DNA of 62,180 nt, the filler included. It is 3 parts of 3 records of this genome, joined end to end, with 100 filler letters (N's around TTAATTAATTAA, not from the genome) between each part and the next. Parts side by side here need not be neighbours in the genome. Positions count along the whole stretch, not along the records: positions 28,920 to 55,707 come from DRR378314_1111; 2 more parts are not named here. The stretch is one strand, 5' to 3'. Below, piece by piece: positions 39,615-52,444 of this stretch. Position numbers and translations under genes: made by a program. Every line of letters begins with the position of its first letter. The stretch's first letter is position 1. The notes under the pieces are model-generated. The model ran no database searches. It was given only the letters and a program-made list of their open reading frames with translations, and was not told where the DNA came from.

Positions 39615-42600
39615 ATGGCAAACGCTACGACCCCGCCGCGCCCTGCAAGTTCGCCAGCGAACAAGCACGCCAACGACCGGAAGAATCGGTCAGCCGCGAA
39701 CGATCGCTTCGATGCAAGCCCTTCTGGAATATCTTCTTTATACGTAATGGATACAACAGGACCGAAGTCACCGCTGTCTTTTCAGCACACTCCCATGCGT
39801 ATTGCAACACGCAGCGTGCGAGACCGTCACGTCGAAGCGCTGCGACGCAGTCCAACGAAAGCGCGTTCCAGCTCTCCTACTCGACAGCGACCTTCGAGCA
39901 CACCGCCGGGAAGAGCATCCACATCGCTGTACGAGCAAACAATGCGCGAACGAACCCAGCAACTCAAAGTAGAGGAGTTGGCGACTGTCCACCAGATACT
40001 GCCCGTTGATCGGCAGCGGGCGCTCGGCGACGCTCTGCCTGCTCAGACGCGCAGTACCCGGACTGCGTTTGGCTTCCACGCAGAGGCACGCCGCGACGAC
40101 AAGCACGTAGATCGAGAGCGGCTTTACTTACTGCAGCAACTTCTCCACGAGAGAAATGAGCAAATCGATCATCTCAAAGATATGATATACTTTCTGCGCG
40201 AGCAAAACGAGAGTGGTGTGCGCATTGGCAATTCGCAGGGCGAGGAAAACTCTCTTCTCGAGCGTCTTCGGCGGGCAGAAGAGGAACTTCGCTCGCTCCG
40301 TTCTCGCGGCGCTGGACAAGCAAACCTGCCAGCAGCTCCTCCAAGTCTTCCTGACCCGGACATTCTTTCAGCACAAACATCTACACAGCTTCAGACGGAT
40401 GAGGCTGCTAATGAGCACAGTGACGACGAAAAAAGCCAAGAGGGCGACGGCATTGCACGTTCTTTCAACAATAGTGCTGAGACGTCCATGTCAGCGCCAC
40501 AATCCGCCAAGGAACACATGGAGATTCTCCGTGCAACTATTGAGAGTATTTCCTCAGGATATGCGATTCCAGAGATTTTAGAAACTACTGAACCGAGTGT
40601 TGGTCATCTTCCTTCGTACCGATTAGCCGTTCTTGTGGCATACATTCCCGCGATGCTCCGTCGCTGGGCAAGAGAAGCCATGTCGGTCCAAGACATTATG
40701 CGGCTCGTCGCCGAAGAAGCGCCGAGACTATTCTCGTGTAGCAAAGCACAGTTAGCGATCGTCTCACACTCTGACCCAGAGACCGCCACCGCGGAGATCT
40801 TGCGCAATGGTCATCTGAAAATTGTGGGCGCTCGCACAGGCGCTGTAGCCGAGGCGTGCCGAGAGCAAGCTCCCGTGCGGCTGACCGGCGACCTTGTTGC
40901 CGATGTCGTCGACTCCAGCGCCGCGGACATCGGCGCAGAGCGCGACACCCTCGTAGTCGCAAGCCACAAACGTATGGACCGGAGCTTTGTCGTTATTCAG
41001 CTCGCTGACCAGCGTAAGAGCGATGGGATTCCGTGGGACTCCTCTGATACAGCACTTGCAGTGACACTCTGCGGCGGTCTGTGCACATTGCTTGCGGCCA
41101 TTCAGCACCAGCACGAGGCGGAGGCGGCTCGCGAGCGCACGAGAGAGCTCGCTGAGCTCCTGCAGCTCTGCGGCGCGTGCTCCTCCGTCGACGCGCTCGG
41201 CCGTACGCTGGCCCGACACGCTCCCAGCGCCATCTCCGCCGCAACATGTGCAATGATTCGTGTAGATCGCACAAGCAATACGCTATCGTATCTCTCGAGT
41301 GAGGTAACACTCACAAGCGATCGCAGTCCAGCGCTCGTGGCGCTGACAAAGCGGGAGACGGTGCGTGTGCACCTTGCGAACGCAGAGAATCTGCGCACAG
41401 AGATGCCCTGGCTTACAGGCGGTACTCCGCGCCACACCCGTATCGTGTATGTACCACTCGCCCACGATTTCGTCTTGTGTTACACGTACGACGGTGAAGC
41501 CCCTGCTGTCACCTCGCGGGACGAACGTGCGACGTGCGTTTCCTGCGCAGCCCAGCTGAGCCTCGAGTCCCTGCTGGGCAGAGAGGAGCGCGCTCCGCAT
41601 CTCGGTGACACTGAGGGAGAATCCGATCTACTATGGAGTCCGGACACGATTGCGACGGACGCTGTTTCGGGAGACGTGCGCCACCTTTCCCAGGCGCTCC
41701 GCGCGATGATGCGCACATCGCGCTGGCACAGCGGAGCGCGCGCCGCTGCGAATGACAGAGCGGGCACTCGCACGCAGCCAAGCGTCCCCGCGGCTCTCTC
41801 TGCAGCGATCGAGGCCTCGCACCACTCCACGGCAATCAGTGCCACCCTCGAAACAATGTGTCAGCGTCGTTCCGTGGCATCTTCACTATCGGATATGGCC
41901 CATCTGGCAAAGAAGCTTACCGGAGCAGTCTTCGTCTCGTGGCTGCTCGCGCGACGCGACGAGGACAGGTGGACTGTTGTACAGACGTCCGCAGAGAACG
42001 AGGCTGCAGCGCTCGACGTAGAGGCGATGAATATGTCGCTGCGGCAATCCCTTGCAGGGAAAGCGCTGGAAACCCTCAGAGTTCAGCATACAGCGTCGCT
42101 ATCCGAAGCCGTAGAAGGAGTCGACTTTGACCCCGAGTGGAGAACCGAGATCGAAGAGGGAACTCCCGACGAAAGTACTGATTCGGAGAGCACTGCACCC
42201 TTGTCAGACGTATCGCACTCCGTGCAGCACGTTTCCCCAACACAATCGAACGGGCGAACCAGTCCTGCTCCTCAAACAATGCCAGCGGCGCTGCATCGGT
42301 TTCTGCAGCGAAGTACGCTCGTTCAAGACCCGCCCAAACGCTCGCGCTTGCCTCCGCGCGCGGACAGCGAGCGAGCGGCGAGAGACGCGGACGAGAACGG
42401 CTCTCTGGGCGAATCTTCCCACGATATGCCCGTGCTGGTGATTCTACCTGTACAGTCGTACTCGTCCAACACGTACCTCACACTCAGTCTCGCGGGACGC
42501 GCGGGCTGGTGGCGAGAAGGTGAAGGCAGCGACACCGCTCTGCGCGCACTTACGGCCGCCGCGCACGTCGCGCTCCGTCTCCGCGAGCAGCAGGAAGCGC

Positions 42601-44078
42601 TGCACACGGTCGAGCAGCGCGGCGAAGCTCTGCTGGGTATTGCAGAGGCATTTGTATCTGTTCACGATCTCGATCGCCTTGTCACACTTATCATGGACCG
42701 AGCGCGCCGTCTGCTCCAGTGCGACCGATGCTCTCTGTTTGTCGTCGATCGCGACGCGCAGGAGCTGTGGTCTCGGATCGCAAACGGGACGCACGAAATA
42801 CGCATTCCAATCGATAAAGGGATCGCCGGCAGCGTAGCGACCTCGGGAACGACGCTCAATATTGCGGATGCGTACAGTGATGACCGATTTAATCAATCTG
42901 TTGACCGCGCAACAGGATACCGGACGAACTCGATTCTGTGCGTCCCAGTGCGAAATGAGAACGGAGACGTGATTGCCGTCACACAGATGATCAACAAGCT
43001 ATCGGGAAAGCCCTTTGATCAAGAAGACGAGCGGCTTCTCAACGCATTCTCCGTGTTCTCCGGCATAGCACTGGCCAATGCCAAGATCCTCTCGCATGAA
43101 CGTGCTCGTGTTGAGTCGCTCGAGCACCTGTTCGAGAGCTTTGTGTCTCTCCACCGCAGGGCGCGCGTGCGCAGCACGCGGCGCGAAAAGCTCCGTCGCC
43201 TCCTCGGTGCCGCCACGCACAGTCTTGGCGCACAAGTGACATTTCTGTACATACCACTCGCGTTACACAACGACGTACTTTCGGAGGATGATGATCACGC
43301 GCGGTCTATTCTGCAGGCTGGTGTCATGATGCCCGAAGTGACAGAGGGACTCTGGGCGCAAATCACCGACGAGCAAGTGATACGCCAGGTGCGACGCAGC
43401 AGCGCGCAGCGCCACAAGCACCCTACAATCCCCATGCACTTCCAAGCCCCCAGACACAGTATTCGTGGCAATGCGACACGTAGCTACAATGAATAATGAA
43501 GATTTTATTCCGCAAAAACTACATGCTGGAGAGAACTTCCACCTGTGTGTTGGGGGGGGCTTGCTGGGCAGGAGAGTTTCGCAGGCGGAAAGGACGCGGC
43601 GGTGGCGCGCGGACAAGTGCGCGTTCGCTCTCACATGGCGGTTCGCATCGCATATCTGCAGCATCCAGGGCGTTCCCAACAGAACAAAAATTCACAGACA
43701 TGCTATTGTACGATATATTTCTATTCAAGTTCACACTGAGCAGCTCGTTTCCTCTCTCACACGACATCCGTGTGCGTGTGCGGCGTATTGTTTGGAACCT
43801 AGCAGCTTTCATCCACCGATGGCGTCATACAAATGATGAGCCGGTCGCGGCGGCCGTGGCTGGTCAGCTCGTTCTCGGACAGCTATACGAGCAAGGTACT
43901 TTTAACGGGTCGTGAGCCTGATGATTTACCGCGAAACGCTCTCCTCGTACCGGTCTTTAGCAACGAAACCGATGCGTCGGACATTGTGGCAATCTTGCAA
44001 TGCGAAAACAAGCGGCAAGGTGCATTCGACGACAACGACGCTGCTATTCTCTCCATGTACGGCCAACTGCTGCTGTGA
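39615..44078 (+). CDS. Large multi-GAF-domain protein with an N-terminal coiled coil and no visible catalytic domain
   Basis: 1293-aa ORF plus a last exon (intron ~43389-43895). One canonical cNMP-type GAF (CDRCSLFVVD...GIAGSVA...NIADAYSDDRFN...TGYRTNSILCVP...INKLSGKPFDQEDE) and several degenerate GAF-like repeats. Confidence 0.85.
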
Positions 44079-45127
44079 TTTGCAATGCGCGATGACTGAC
44101 AGAGGGACAACCGACCACTCTTTTGCAAGTGTGCAGCCGCAGCAAGAATTTTCGAAATAAATCATTTGCTGCTTTGATACACCGATAGAATTGCAGTACT
44201 ACGCCGCACAAACGCGCTGGTTGGCTTACATCAGACAGCGCCGGGCTGCAGACGCACCACAGGAGCACCACCAGGCAGCAGCGACAGAACGTACAGGATC
44301 CCTTCTCACCAAATGCACAGCTCTTTCTTTATCCTCCTTTCTCCGCTCCTCAGAACCAAAAACAGACAATTCGTATGCTGACTGAAAATAGTCGGTTTCA
44401 CTAACATACTGCACACACGCGTTATCCACAGGCGCCACAAAAATTAAACTTGAACAGCATTGACGATACGCTACTACTGTCGACTCCCGATAGCCGCCGA
44501 CGGCCATACCTCATGCGAACGGCGGATTGCCGAGACGAAGACCAGCAGCGGTCATCGGAGGAGCACGATTACGCTCTACAGACGTTTACGTGTCTCATAT
44601 ACTATGTACTTGCTCGATCTGGTTCTTGGCTGGTCAGGAACCCGCCCTATCGCTGCGGCAGGCGAACCAGCAGGTATTGCATGGGGGTCACACGACCGCG
44701 CGGTGGCGAGTGCGCCGCACGAAAAGCTCTCGAACCGACCTTGCCTACCTTGGGGGGCTCAGGAGCGTATCCATAACACCGTGTAGGACCACTAATTTTT
44801 CCAACAATACCGCACCAATACCGCCAGTCATACTTGGTAATCCTTTGCCATGTATTCATCTTGAGTGGTGACGAGGAAATGCAGAAGCTGCCAGTAGTAG
44901 AGGTAGGATTTTGCTGCGACGAAGAAGGGTGCGTAGCAATACCACCTCGCATGGTCGCTCGGGCGCCACCGCGTGCCCGGTTGGCAGCGGATCGAGAGGT
45001 GATCCGCGAGCATCTAATCTCTTTCTCCTACCGACGCAGTGTATTCGATTCCTCAATCATTTCGGGTTTTCATTTTGTTTTTCGCTGGTGTACTGCCTTA
45101 TCTCTGTTATTCGTAGGTGAGAAACCA

Positions 45128-47566
45128 TTAGAGGAATCTCGGCTGCTCCCAGAGCACGTACCCAGCGAGAAACACGCGCCACGCAACGAGCGAGCCTGCA
45201 ATCAAGGCGAATATAAGCATGTATCCAAATAGCTGGTGGCCCAGCTTCCTTCTCGTGCGATGAGCGATTGCGAAGGAAACGAGCGGAATCGAAAGTCCCC
45301 ATGCCCAGTGCTGGATCCCGGGCGGTGCCGGTGGCGGGAGTAGCGCAGCCGATACGCCCGGGCATAGGAACGACACGTGGAACGCTGCGAGCGCGAGTGT
45401 CATGCCAAGCACGTAGTGCGTCTGATCCCAAAAGGCAATCGGCCTCATTGCCAGCAAAATCGTGAGAATCGCACCAGCAGCTCCAAAAATAAAGAGAGCG
45501 AAGGTGTCTGACCAAGCCACTTCGAGCAGGTCGGTACGATCTGCGTAGCACCCACCGAATGCGCACGTTTTGCACAGCAGGACGGGCTGCTTGTAGAGCA
45601 GAGGGGCGAAGAGCGACACCGCAGCGCCGAAGCCGACGCCAGCCGCGCAGTCGGTCGGGAAGGAGTGCCCCAGATTCAGACGAGCAAAAGTGGCCGCCAT
45701 CGGCACGAAAATTGCCAAGAGTATCATCCATACTTCAATGGAAGAGGACGGATGGCTGTATCTGTGCGCATACACGGCGATGACGACGAGCAGAACGGCA
45801 GTCGCTGCAGAGCGCGAAGGGAACGAGCTGGTTCGTTGCAGTCGCTTCTTCGCCCACTTTAGGCGCCGTGCGCGTCCAACTGCGTGCGGCCGCGCGCGGA
45901 AGATCAGTCGCTTTGGAATTTGTACGAGAAACGCAAAGATAATAGATAAAACATTCACTTCGTTTGCGATGCCGTCGAGCCCGAGTGTGTACAGGAGAAA
46001 AGGCAGCGCAAGCACTGTGTGGAGAGAGAAGAGGCCGCTGAGGAATCGGCTCGCCAAGAAGAGAGCTTTCCCTCGTAGCACCTGCGCCATTGTGAGGACT
46101 TTGTCGTCCATACCGCGCAAACGGTCTTCCAGATACGTAGAAAATATCCACGAAAATCGTTCCTTCTTCTTGAAGACTGATCGATCGGAAGGCATGGCAA
46201 TGGATGCCTTGCGCTCTTTGGCCCTGGTTTCGCGACGCTGCGCCTGAGAGGCTGGCGATCCGTCAGCGAGCAGGGAGTACCCGCTGCGACTGGCGCGCGC
46301 TGGGCCATCCTGTATGGATCGTCCGATCTCAGACGCAAACCCCGCATCAATGCATGACTGAATGGTATGCACCCACGCGTCCCGATCGCTCCCAGTATCT
46401 GCGCAAAATGTGTAAGCGCGCTGCTGTGCAACTACACGGAACGCGTGACGCTTTCGGTCGGATCCATCGGGCAAGCGCTCGACCATGGCGCTTGCCAGCG
46501 GCACTTGCGCTTTGCACACCAGAAGCGGTCCGTTTTGCAGACGTACAGTAGAGCCTTGCAAAGGAATCTTATCTTTGGAGGAGACGACGCGTGCATAGAG
46601 CAGAAGATCGTTGAAAAGAAACACCACGCGTGGGACAAGGCGATGAGCGCCGAGCTTGAGCAGCGGTCCCTCGCGCAAGAGCACGCGGGACCGCGACAGA
46701 ATCGATGGCGTACCGGCGAGTCGCAGGTCTACGCGCAGAGTTTTCACTATACCATCACAATGAGCAAATGATTCTTTACATGCACTATTCAGCTTGTGAG
46801 TAGTTGAGAGAAAGGTGCACATGGCGTCGAAGTCAGGATGCTCTCTCGCCATCGTTGCAACGAGCTGCTCAGCGAAATCTGAATACTTCAGCGGAGCCAG
46901 CAGGCAGGTCACGAATCGCGCCAGCACAGGCCTTCCCCGCAGACGTACGTCACGGTCTGCACCTTCGATAAAATCTGCAAACCGTTGATTCTTACGCATT
47001 TCTTGACAGAGAGAGAGCGTTTGATCAGGCATCTTCGAAGCCAGCGATAGGAGGAACGACTCGCGCGGGAGAAGGAGCTGGAGCGGTACCGACACGTCCT
47101 GCGTCTCTGGCCAGCGGTCCCAGCATTTCTCAAGCTCGATCAGAAACTGCGAGTGAAGCTGGCGCAGCGAGGTAAGCTCCGTAAAGATGATGCTGAGAAG
47201 ATCTTCTCGTAAGATTTCTTGTGACGTGCCGACAAGGGAGCGCATGGGCTGAAAGATGAGGTCGATTAGGGTGCTCAGGTTTTGCAGCCGCGTGCGCTCC
47301 TCGTCCAGAAATGTTCGCACGATTGGGTACCGCGATTGTACGGACTTCCACAGTGCGTCCCGACGCAACCTCTTTGTCCATTCCTTGATTCGGGCGCGAC
47401 CTATGTATTTCCTTATTATTCGTTGACACCGCTTCACCTCGTCATACGAAAAGCGCTTCAAGTACTCTTCTTCGGAAAGGTCGATAGGAGCTTGCGAGCC
47501 TTGGAGGCGCTGGGCACGCCGGGCGCGCATCTCCTCAAACTTTGTTGATGCCCCATACTGCGACAT
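45128..47566 (-). CDS. Intronless IQ-like/RhoGEF(DH)/PH protein fused to a multi-TM PAP2-like (lipid phosphate phosphatase-like) domain
   Basis: CQRIIRKYIGR (IQ-like). DH-like IVRTFLDEERTRLQNL...IIFTELTSLRQLHSQFLIEL...EHPDF. PH SRVLLREGPL...RVVFLFNDLLLYA...AFRVV...YTFCA...DRDAWVHTIQ. PAP2 motifs KRLIFRARP, SFPSRS, ARLNLGHSFPTD among many hydrophobic helices. Confidence 0.88.
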   Translation of the reverse strand: MSQYGASTKFEEMRARRAQRLQGSQAPIDLSEEEYLKRFSYDEVKRCQRIIRKYIGRARIKEWTKRLRRDALWKSVQSRYPIVRTFLDEERTRLQNLSTLIDLIFQPMRSLVGTSQEILREDLLSIIFTELTSLRQLHSQFLIELEKCWDRWPETQDVSVPLQLLLPRESFLLSLASKMPDQTLSLCQEMRKNQRFADFIEGADRDVRLRGRPVLARFVTCLLAPLKYSDFAEQLVATMAREHPDFDAMCTFLSTTHKLNSACKESFAHCDGIVKTLRVDLRLAGTPSILSRSRVLLREGPLLKLGAHRLVPRVVFLFNDLLLYARVVSSKDKIPLQGSTVRLQNGPLLVCKAQVPLASAMVERLPDGSDRKRHAFRVVAQQRAYTFCADTGSDRDAWVHTIQSCIDAGFASEIGRSIQDGPARASRSGYSLLADGSPASQAQRRETRAKERKASIAMPSDRSVFKKKERFSWIFSTYLEDRLRGMDDKVLTMAQVLRGKALFLASRFLSGLFSLHTVLALPFLLYTLGLDGIANEVNVLSIIFAFLVQIPKRLIFRARPHAVGRARRLKWAKKRLQRTSSFPSRSAATAVLLVVIAVYAHRYSHPSSSIEVWMILLAIFVPMAATFARLNLGHSFPTDCAAGVGFGAAVSLFAPLLYKQPVLLCKTCAFGGCYADRTDLLEVAWSDTFALFIFGAAGAILTILLAMRPIAFWDQTHYVLGMTLALAAFHVSFLCPGVSAALLPPPAPPGIQHWAWGLSIPLVSFAIAHRTRRKLGHQLFGYMLIFALIAGSLVAWRVFLAGYVLWEQPRFL

Positions 47567-48397
47567 TGCGTTTTGCGCTTTGCAATCCTTCGACAGGCTC
47601 ACAATGCACAACTGCTCGTGTGTAACGTTGTAACAGCGTTATTTTTTGCCGAATGCAAGGAAATGCAGTGAAGGCGCAACCACGGAAGCGGGCAAGCAAA
47701 TGTGGCCCTGGGACACAGAGCGCAGTTTGCCACCTGCGCGCCTCGCAAGTCCCGGGGATTCCCCTTGTGCGGTACCGAGACCCGCAGCTAAGGTAGCGGT
47801 TTCTGTGAGATTGGTTATTCCCCATCACAAGCGATACTACTCCTGTGGGGACTTGGTCGAGATTACGTTTGTCGTTTGGGCGCAGAAAAGGGTTCACTGG
47901 GCATCGCCGCTGGGATTCCGCGTTGGCTGGGAAGGAAGCCACTGAGGCGCACAACCCTAGAAATCAGCTCCTTCTCAACCAGTGCGTTGGCGTGGAACCT
48001 ATCAGAATCGGCCAGGCCCATCGCACGCGCGCGGAGCACTGCTGTCTTGGGAGGGTGCTATTCTTTCAAACAAAATTATGCCAGAGAGGCGAGCAATGTG
48101 TCAGGGGGGAGCGCATTCGAGCTCAGCCTTGAACATGGCAGATTCACGCGCGCGCACCGCCCTGGCACGAGTACCGCAGCGTCGATGCCTGTTTGTATCG
48201 GGCACCATGGAACTTCATTGGTGACACTGGAGAACAACTGCAAACCTCTGCTCCTCAATTCTACGTGCTTGCACACAAAACCTCCTTTCCCACACAGGGA
48301 GACATCGAACTCCATCACAAACAATCAAGCAATCCAACGATGAAACAGTCTATCGGTAGGAACGCCACTCCTGCATAGGTCGATGATCTCTTGTTCT

Positions 48398-50917
48398 TCA
48401 CGGCTTCTCGCGGGTCTGCGCTACCTTCGACCAGTCCTGGTACGAAAACTGGCGCACGCGAAGGAACGTGGTGCCGCTCGTATCGCCCTGTGTGGGAGCG
48501 GTCCTGCGACTGGCGGATCGTGCCAATTCACTCTCGCGTGTTTTCGAAGACCGGTCTGCACAACGACGCAACGTGTGAGCGGGATTCTCAGTAGTCGCGT
48601 TTCTCCGTCGCTGCAGCTGAATGGCATAGGCGATCGCTGGAAAGGGCGACTTGTTGCAGATTACAACGCGCTGTGCAGTGGAACGAAGAACGCATCCATC
48701 ACGCGACCTTTCCCGACGATTTCGTTTGCACATTTGGGAGGCGACTTCATAAATGAGCATGGAGAATGATGATTGCTTGTTATGTTTACTGTACCTACCC
48801 AGTGAGATGCGTGTCCGCTGGTATTCCGTTGCGTGCGGCGTCTCGCGCTGCTGGTATCGGCGGTGTGTGCCCGCTGCTGAAGCCGGCCGCGGCGGTAGAG
48901 CCCGAGATTCCAGGCTGGGACTGCACGAGAAGGATGCATACACAAGATATCGACACATTGCACAACGTGTGCGTGATTTGGGTGAATGATTCTCTTTGCC
49001 GGGTGCTCGCCATGTTGAAGCACCCTCTCCCTTCTCCATCCAGCTACGAGGGGAGAATTCACTACTGGAGCACATTCCATACTGGAGCTGCTGCCAATCG
49101 CTGCCCCGTTGATGCACAGGCGCCTTGCACGACAGGTCGTACACGAAGAAAACAGTGCACCATTCCTTGAACAGTGCTGTGTCCCAAGTCTTCAGTGTGA
49201 GAAGCGCGCACTTGCACTTAGCAATACTGCGATGATACTGCGTTCGAGGTCGCACGCCATTGGCACAACGGGCTGCAATACGCTCTCAATCAGCGAGCAG
49301 CAACTCGCTGCCAGTGCCACAGCGCAGTCTGTGCTCGCCTCCTCTTACAGCACGTACCGTGCGAAGCCGAGCGCAGAGGATGGTCGCTGCCGAAGCCCCG
49401 TGGGCCGCTGGTTCGTCTTTCCGCTTAAAGGCCGCGCGGATCGAGGACGCGTGCGCGAGCGTGGTCTCGGTGGCAGATCGCGCGCCTCCTGTTCATGTTT
49501 CGTTCGCTCTGTATAGCCCACATCGTTTTGCCGCCTCGCAAAAGAAGCCTCGTCCGTATGCAGTGTCTCGGTTGTATCACAACGCGGGTACAAAAGCCTA
49601 GATGCAAGGTCGCTATCGGGAGAATCATCGGGGGTGTTCTCGCTCTGGGGCTCGGGAGCAGGAAAGAAGCCCTTTCTCCTTGCTTCATTCCCTCGAGCAG
49701 CGGTCGGCGAGGAGTCGCAATTCGAAAGCGCGCGCACGACTTCTGCCGCAGCTGGGCGCTGCATGGCGTCTTTGGAAAGCAGAGCGGCGATGAGACGTCG
49801 CAGTTCGGTTGAGTAGGACTTGTGGAGTGGTTTTGGGTCGTCATGCAAGATCGAGTACGAAAGCTTGAACGAGTCGCTCCCTTCAAAAGGGAAGGCAAGA
49901 GTAGCTAGTCGGTAGGCCACACATCCTAGACTCCACATATCTACGTTATAGTCATACGGGTGTCCTTTCACCTGTTCGGGTGCCAGATACAGCGGTGTCC
50001 CGATCTTCTGGTCGCGCATCACGTCTCCAAGTGATCGCAGTGACTTGGACAATCCCAAGTCACCAAGTTTCACCTGGAAATTTTCACATAGGAAAACGTT
50101 TGCGGTCTTTACATCGCGGTGGACAATAAAACGTTGGTGCAAGTACGATAGTGCAGCAGCAATCTGTAGCACAATCTGCCGAATCAGGGACTCGGGAAGG
50201 TGTCGGCGCTCTTCCTTGTGCGCAGCGATGAGCGACTCTAGATCTCCCTCGCTTGCGTACTCCATGATAATGAACAGGCTCCTCTTCTCCACAATCGCGT
50301 TGATGAACCGAATGATGTTTTCGTGGTCTACTTTTCGCAGCATCAATACCTGTAATACGCCGTTCATGTTACACAGGTACAAATATGAGTTGGCTGTGAC
50401 TGTTGAAGTTTATAATGCGGAAAGGTGTGTCCTACGTCCGTTTCGAGCGATGCAAGTGCGAGAGGGTGACGCGGAGCGGCTCCGGCAGGGTTGGTCCAAC
50501 CATGTTCTGTCGTGCTACACGTGTAGCATACGGGCCCTTATGGTCTTGCATCCATTATGTAACTCCCCGAACAATCTTTATGGCGTTACTTTTTCCAATA
50601 CGTAGATTGGAAAGGTACGGACAGAAAGTAGTATGCGTGTAAGCGCTCTAATCCCAGACGCAAGGACCACAAAGCGCACCTCGGCGACTGCTTTTCTCCG
50701 ACCGCTTTCCGACAACTCTCCGACATTAACCTCTTTGATAGCATACGTTTTCCCCGAGTCCATATCAAGTGCCTTGTGGACAACTCCGTACGAGCCACGT
50801 CCGACCGTACCGAGGAGTTTATATTGCCCGCCACCTGGTGTGCACAGCAATGAGAGAGTACAGGAAAGCAACAATCACCGTGCAGTCCACCGCGCTTCGT
50901 TGCCACGATGTGCGCAT
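48398..50917 (-). CDS. NIMA-related (NEK) serine/threonine kinase; start and C-terminal exons approximate
   Basis: YKLLGTVGRGSYG...YAIKEV, HENIIRF, IIMEYASEGDL, HRDVKTANVFL, VKLGDLGLSK, IGTPLYLAPE, DMWSLGC, YSTELRRLI. Confidence 0.9.
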
Positions 50918-52444
50918 ACGTTTTCTTCAGAATTCCTCAACCACTTCGCATCCTTCCTGGGTTCCGCGAAATTGTACTACTACTAGATCGTGTGTAAAAT
51001 AAGGGATGAGAATGTAGGGGCTCATTATAGTGCTAGAGGCGTAGTGGCCGTAACTAGTACACAGTGCTGTCGTCACGCATCAGCATTCTCCGAGGACCGG
51101 ATTCGCGAATTCGTTTGTGCACGCAGCAAGGGACGATTTCTGGCCAAGGCATGGACGCTAGAGAACATAGTAGATTTGCAAGGTTTATACGTACATACTG
51201 TTCCGTTCGGTGTGCTGTCGTCAAGGAGATTTGGTCCCTGATGGTCGGTATCTACTTCGAGACAACGACGCGCCGATGTGCCCGCCGCTCCTCGGCGTAC
51301 GACAGGCTCATCCAGCTCACTGGCAAGCACATTTCCTCTAGCTACGATGTGAGCATGTGTGCGCTCCTGGGATCCATCTCGTCCAGTGAAATAAACATTT
51401 GATTCTGCAAAAGCAAATTGAGGACGTATTCGGGTACGTTGTTGTCATCTTGTTGTATCTATAGGCGAGAAAACAATGCGCGTGAATGTTGCCAATTTGC
51501 AACTGCCCTTTGGCAGAACAAGCATTGACGGTCGCACGACTGCCCGAAGTAGCTGATAGTACTTGCCGTATCAAAAAAAAGTGCGCGATAGTTTTTCTAC
51601 GCAATGACTAAGCTTGATGATCGTTAAACATTCTACCTGGCGTTGCTTTGTGATACCGGAACCGCGTAGCATTTAAGCGCCTTGCTCACGATATTCGTGC
51701 AATAGTGGCGTCGAGCGTGGCCCCGAGCCGACTGCAGCGCACAGGATCCGGATTAGGAAGTGGGCAACGCAAAGGGCGGTGCTTTCTTCTCGCACACAGA
51801 AGCATGTAATCTCCTCCTTTTCTTTCCTCAGTAGCAGTATAGATGTTTCTTGTATAGCATAGCAATCTGATTCTCGTTCCCTATGGCTCTGTTTTGTCCG
51901 TGTGGAGGAATCCAGCACGCCTGGCAGCCGTCGCCAGCCGCGCTGAGCCAGAACAGGCGCATAGCGCCCGTCGCACCACGCCGCGTACCTGCAGGACGCC
52001 GCCAAGGTAACCCGAAGGCGCCAGTCCGGGGAGGGGTCCACTTCCCTTGCTTCATGTCACTGCTATGATCACTACTCTCTTTCGCAACCGTCACTCTCTG
52101 TGCGTCTATCCAGCAGACTCGCTTGCTTGTTCGCGCAATGCTCTATGTGGAAGACGCCTGCAGCGCCCCGACGACGGACGTTTGCCGGGCGGAGCTCGGT
52201 ACGATGTAAACCCTATCTTGAAAACCTTACCCGGATGTCGCAGTCATTGACTCTACCCCTACTATGGTAACCGTTTTATGCGTGCCCGCGCTCGCCGCGA
52301 GCTCTGTCACACGCGCGCCTACGCCCTCTCCAGCACCGCGCTGCGGAACAACGCTCTCTTGTTGACGCCTCCAACTGCTTATAGAGGATCGTGTTTTCTT
52401 GTTTTTTTGTATCAACTACACACATTACGTACTATACAACTGCG

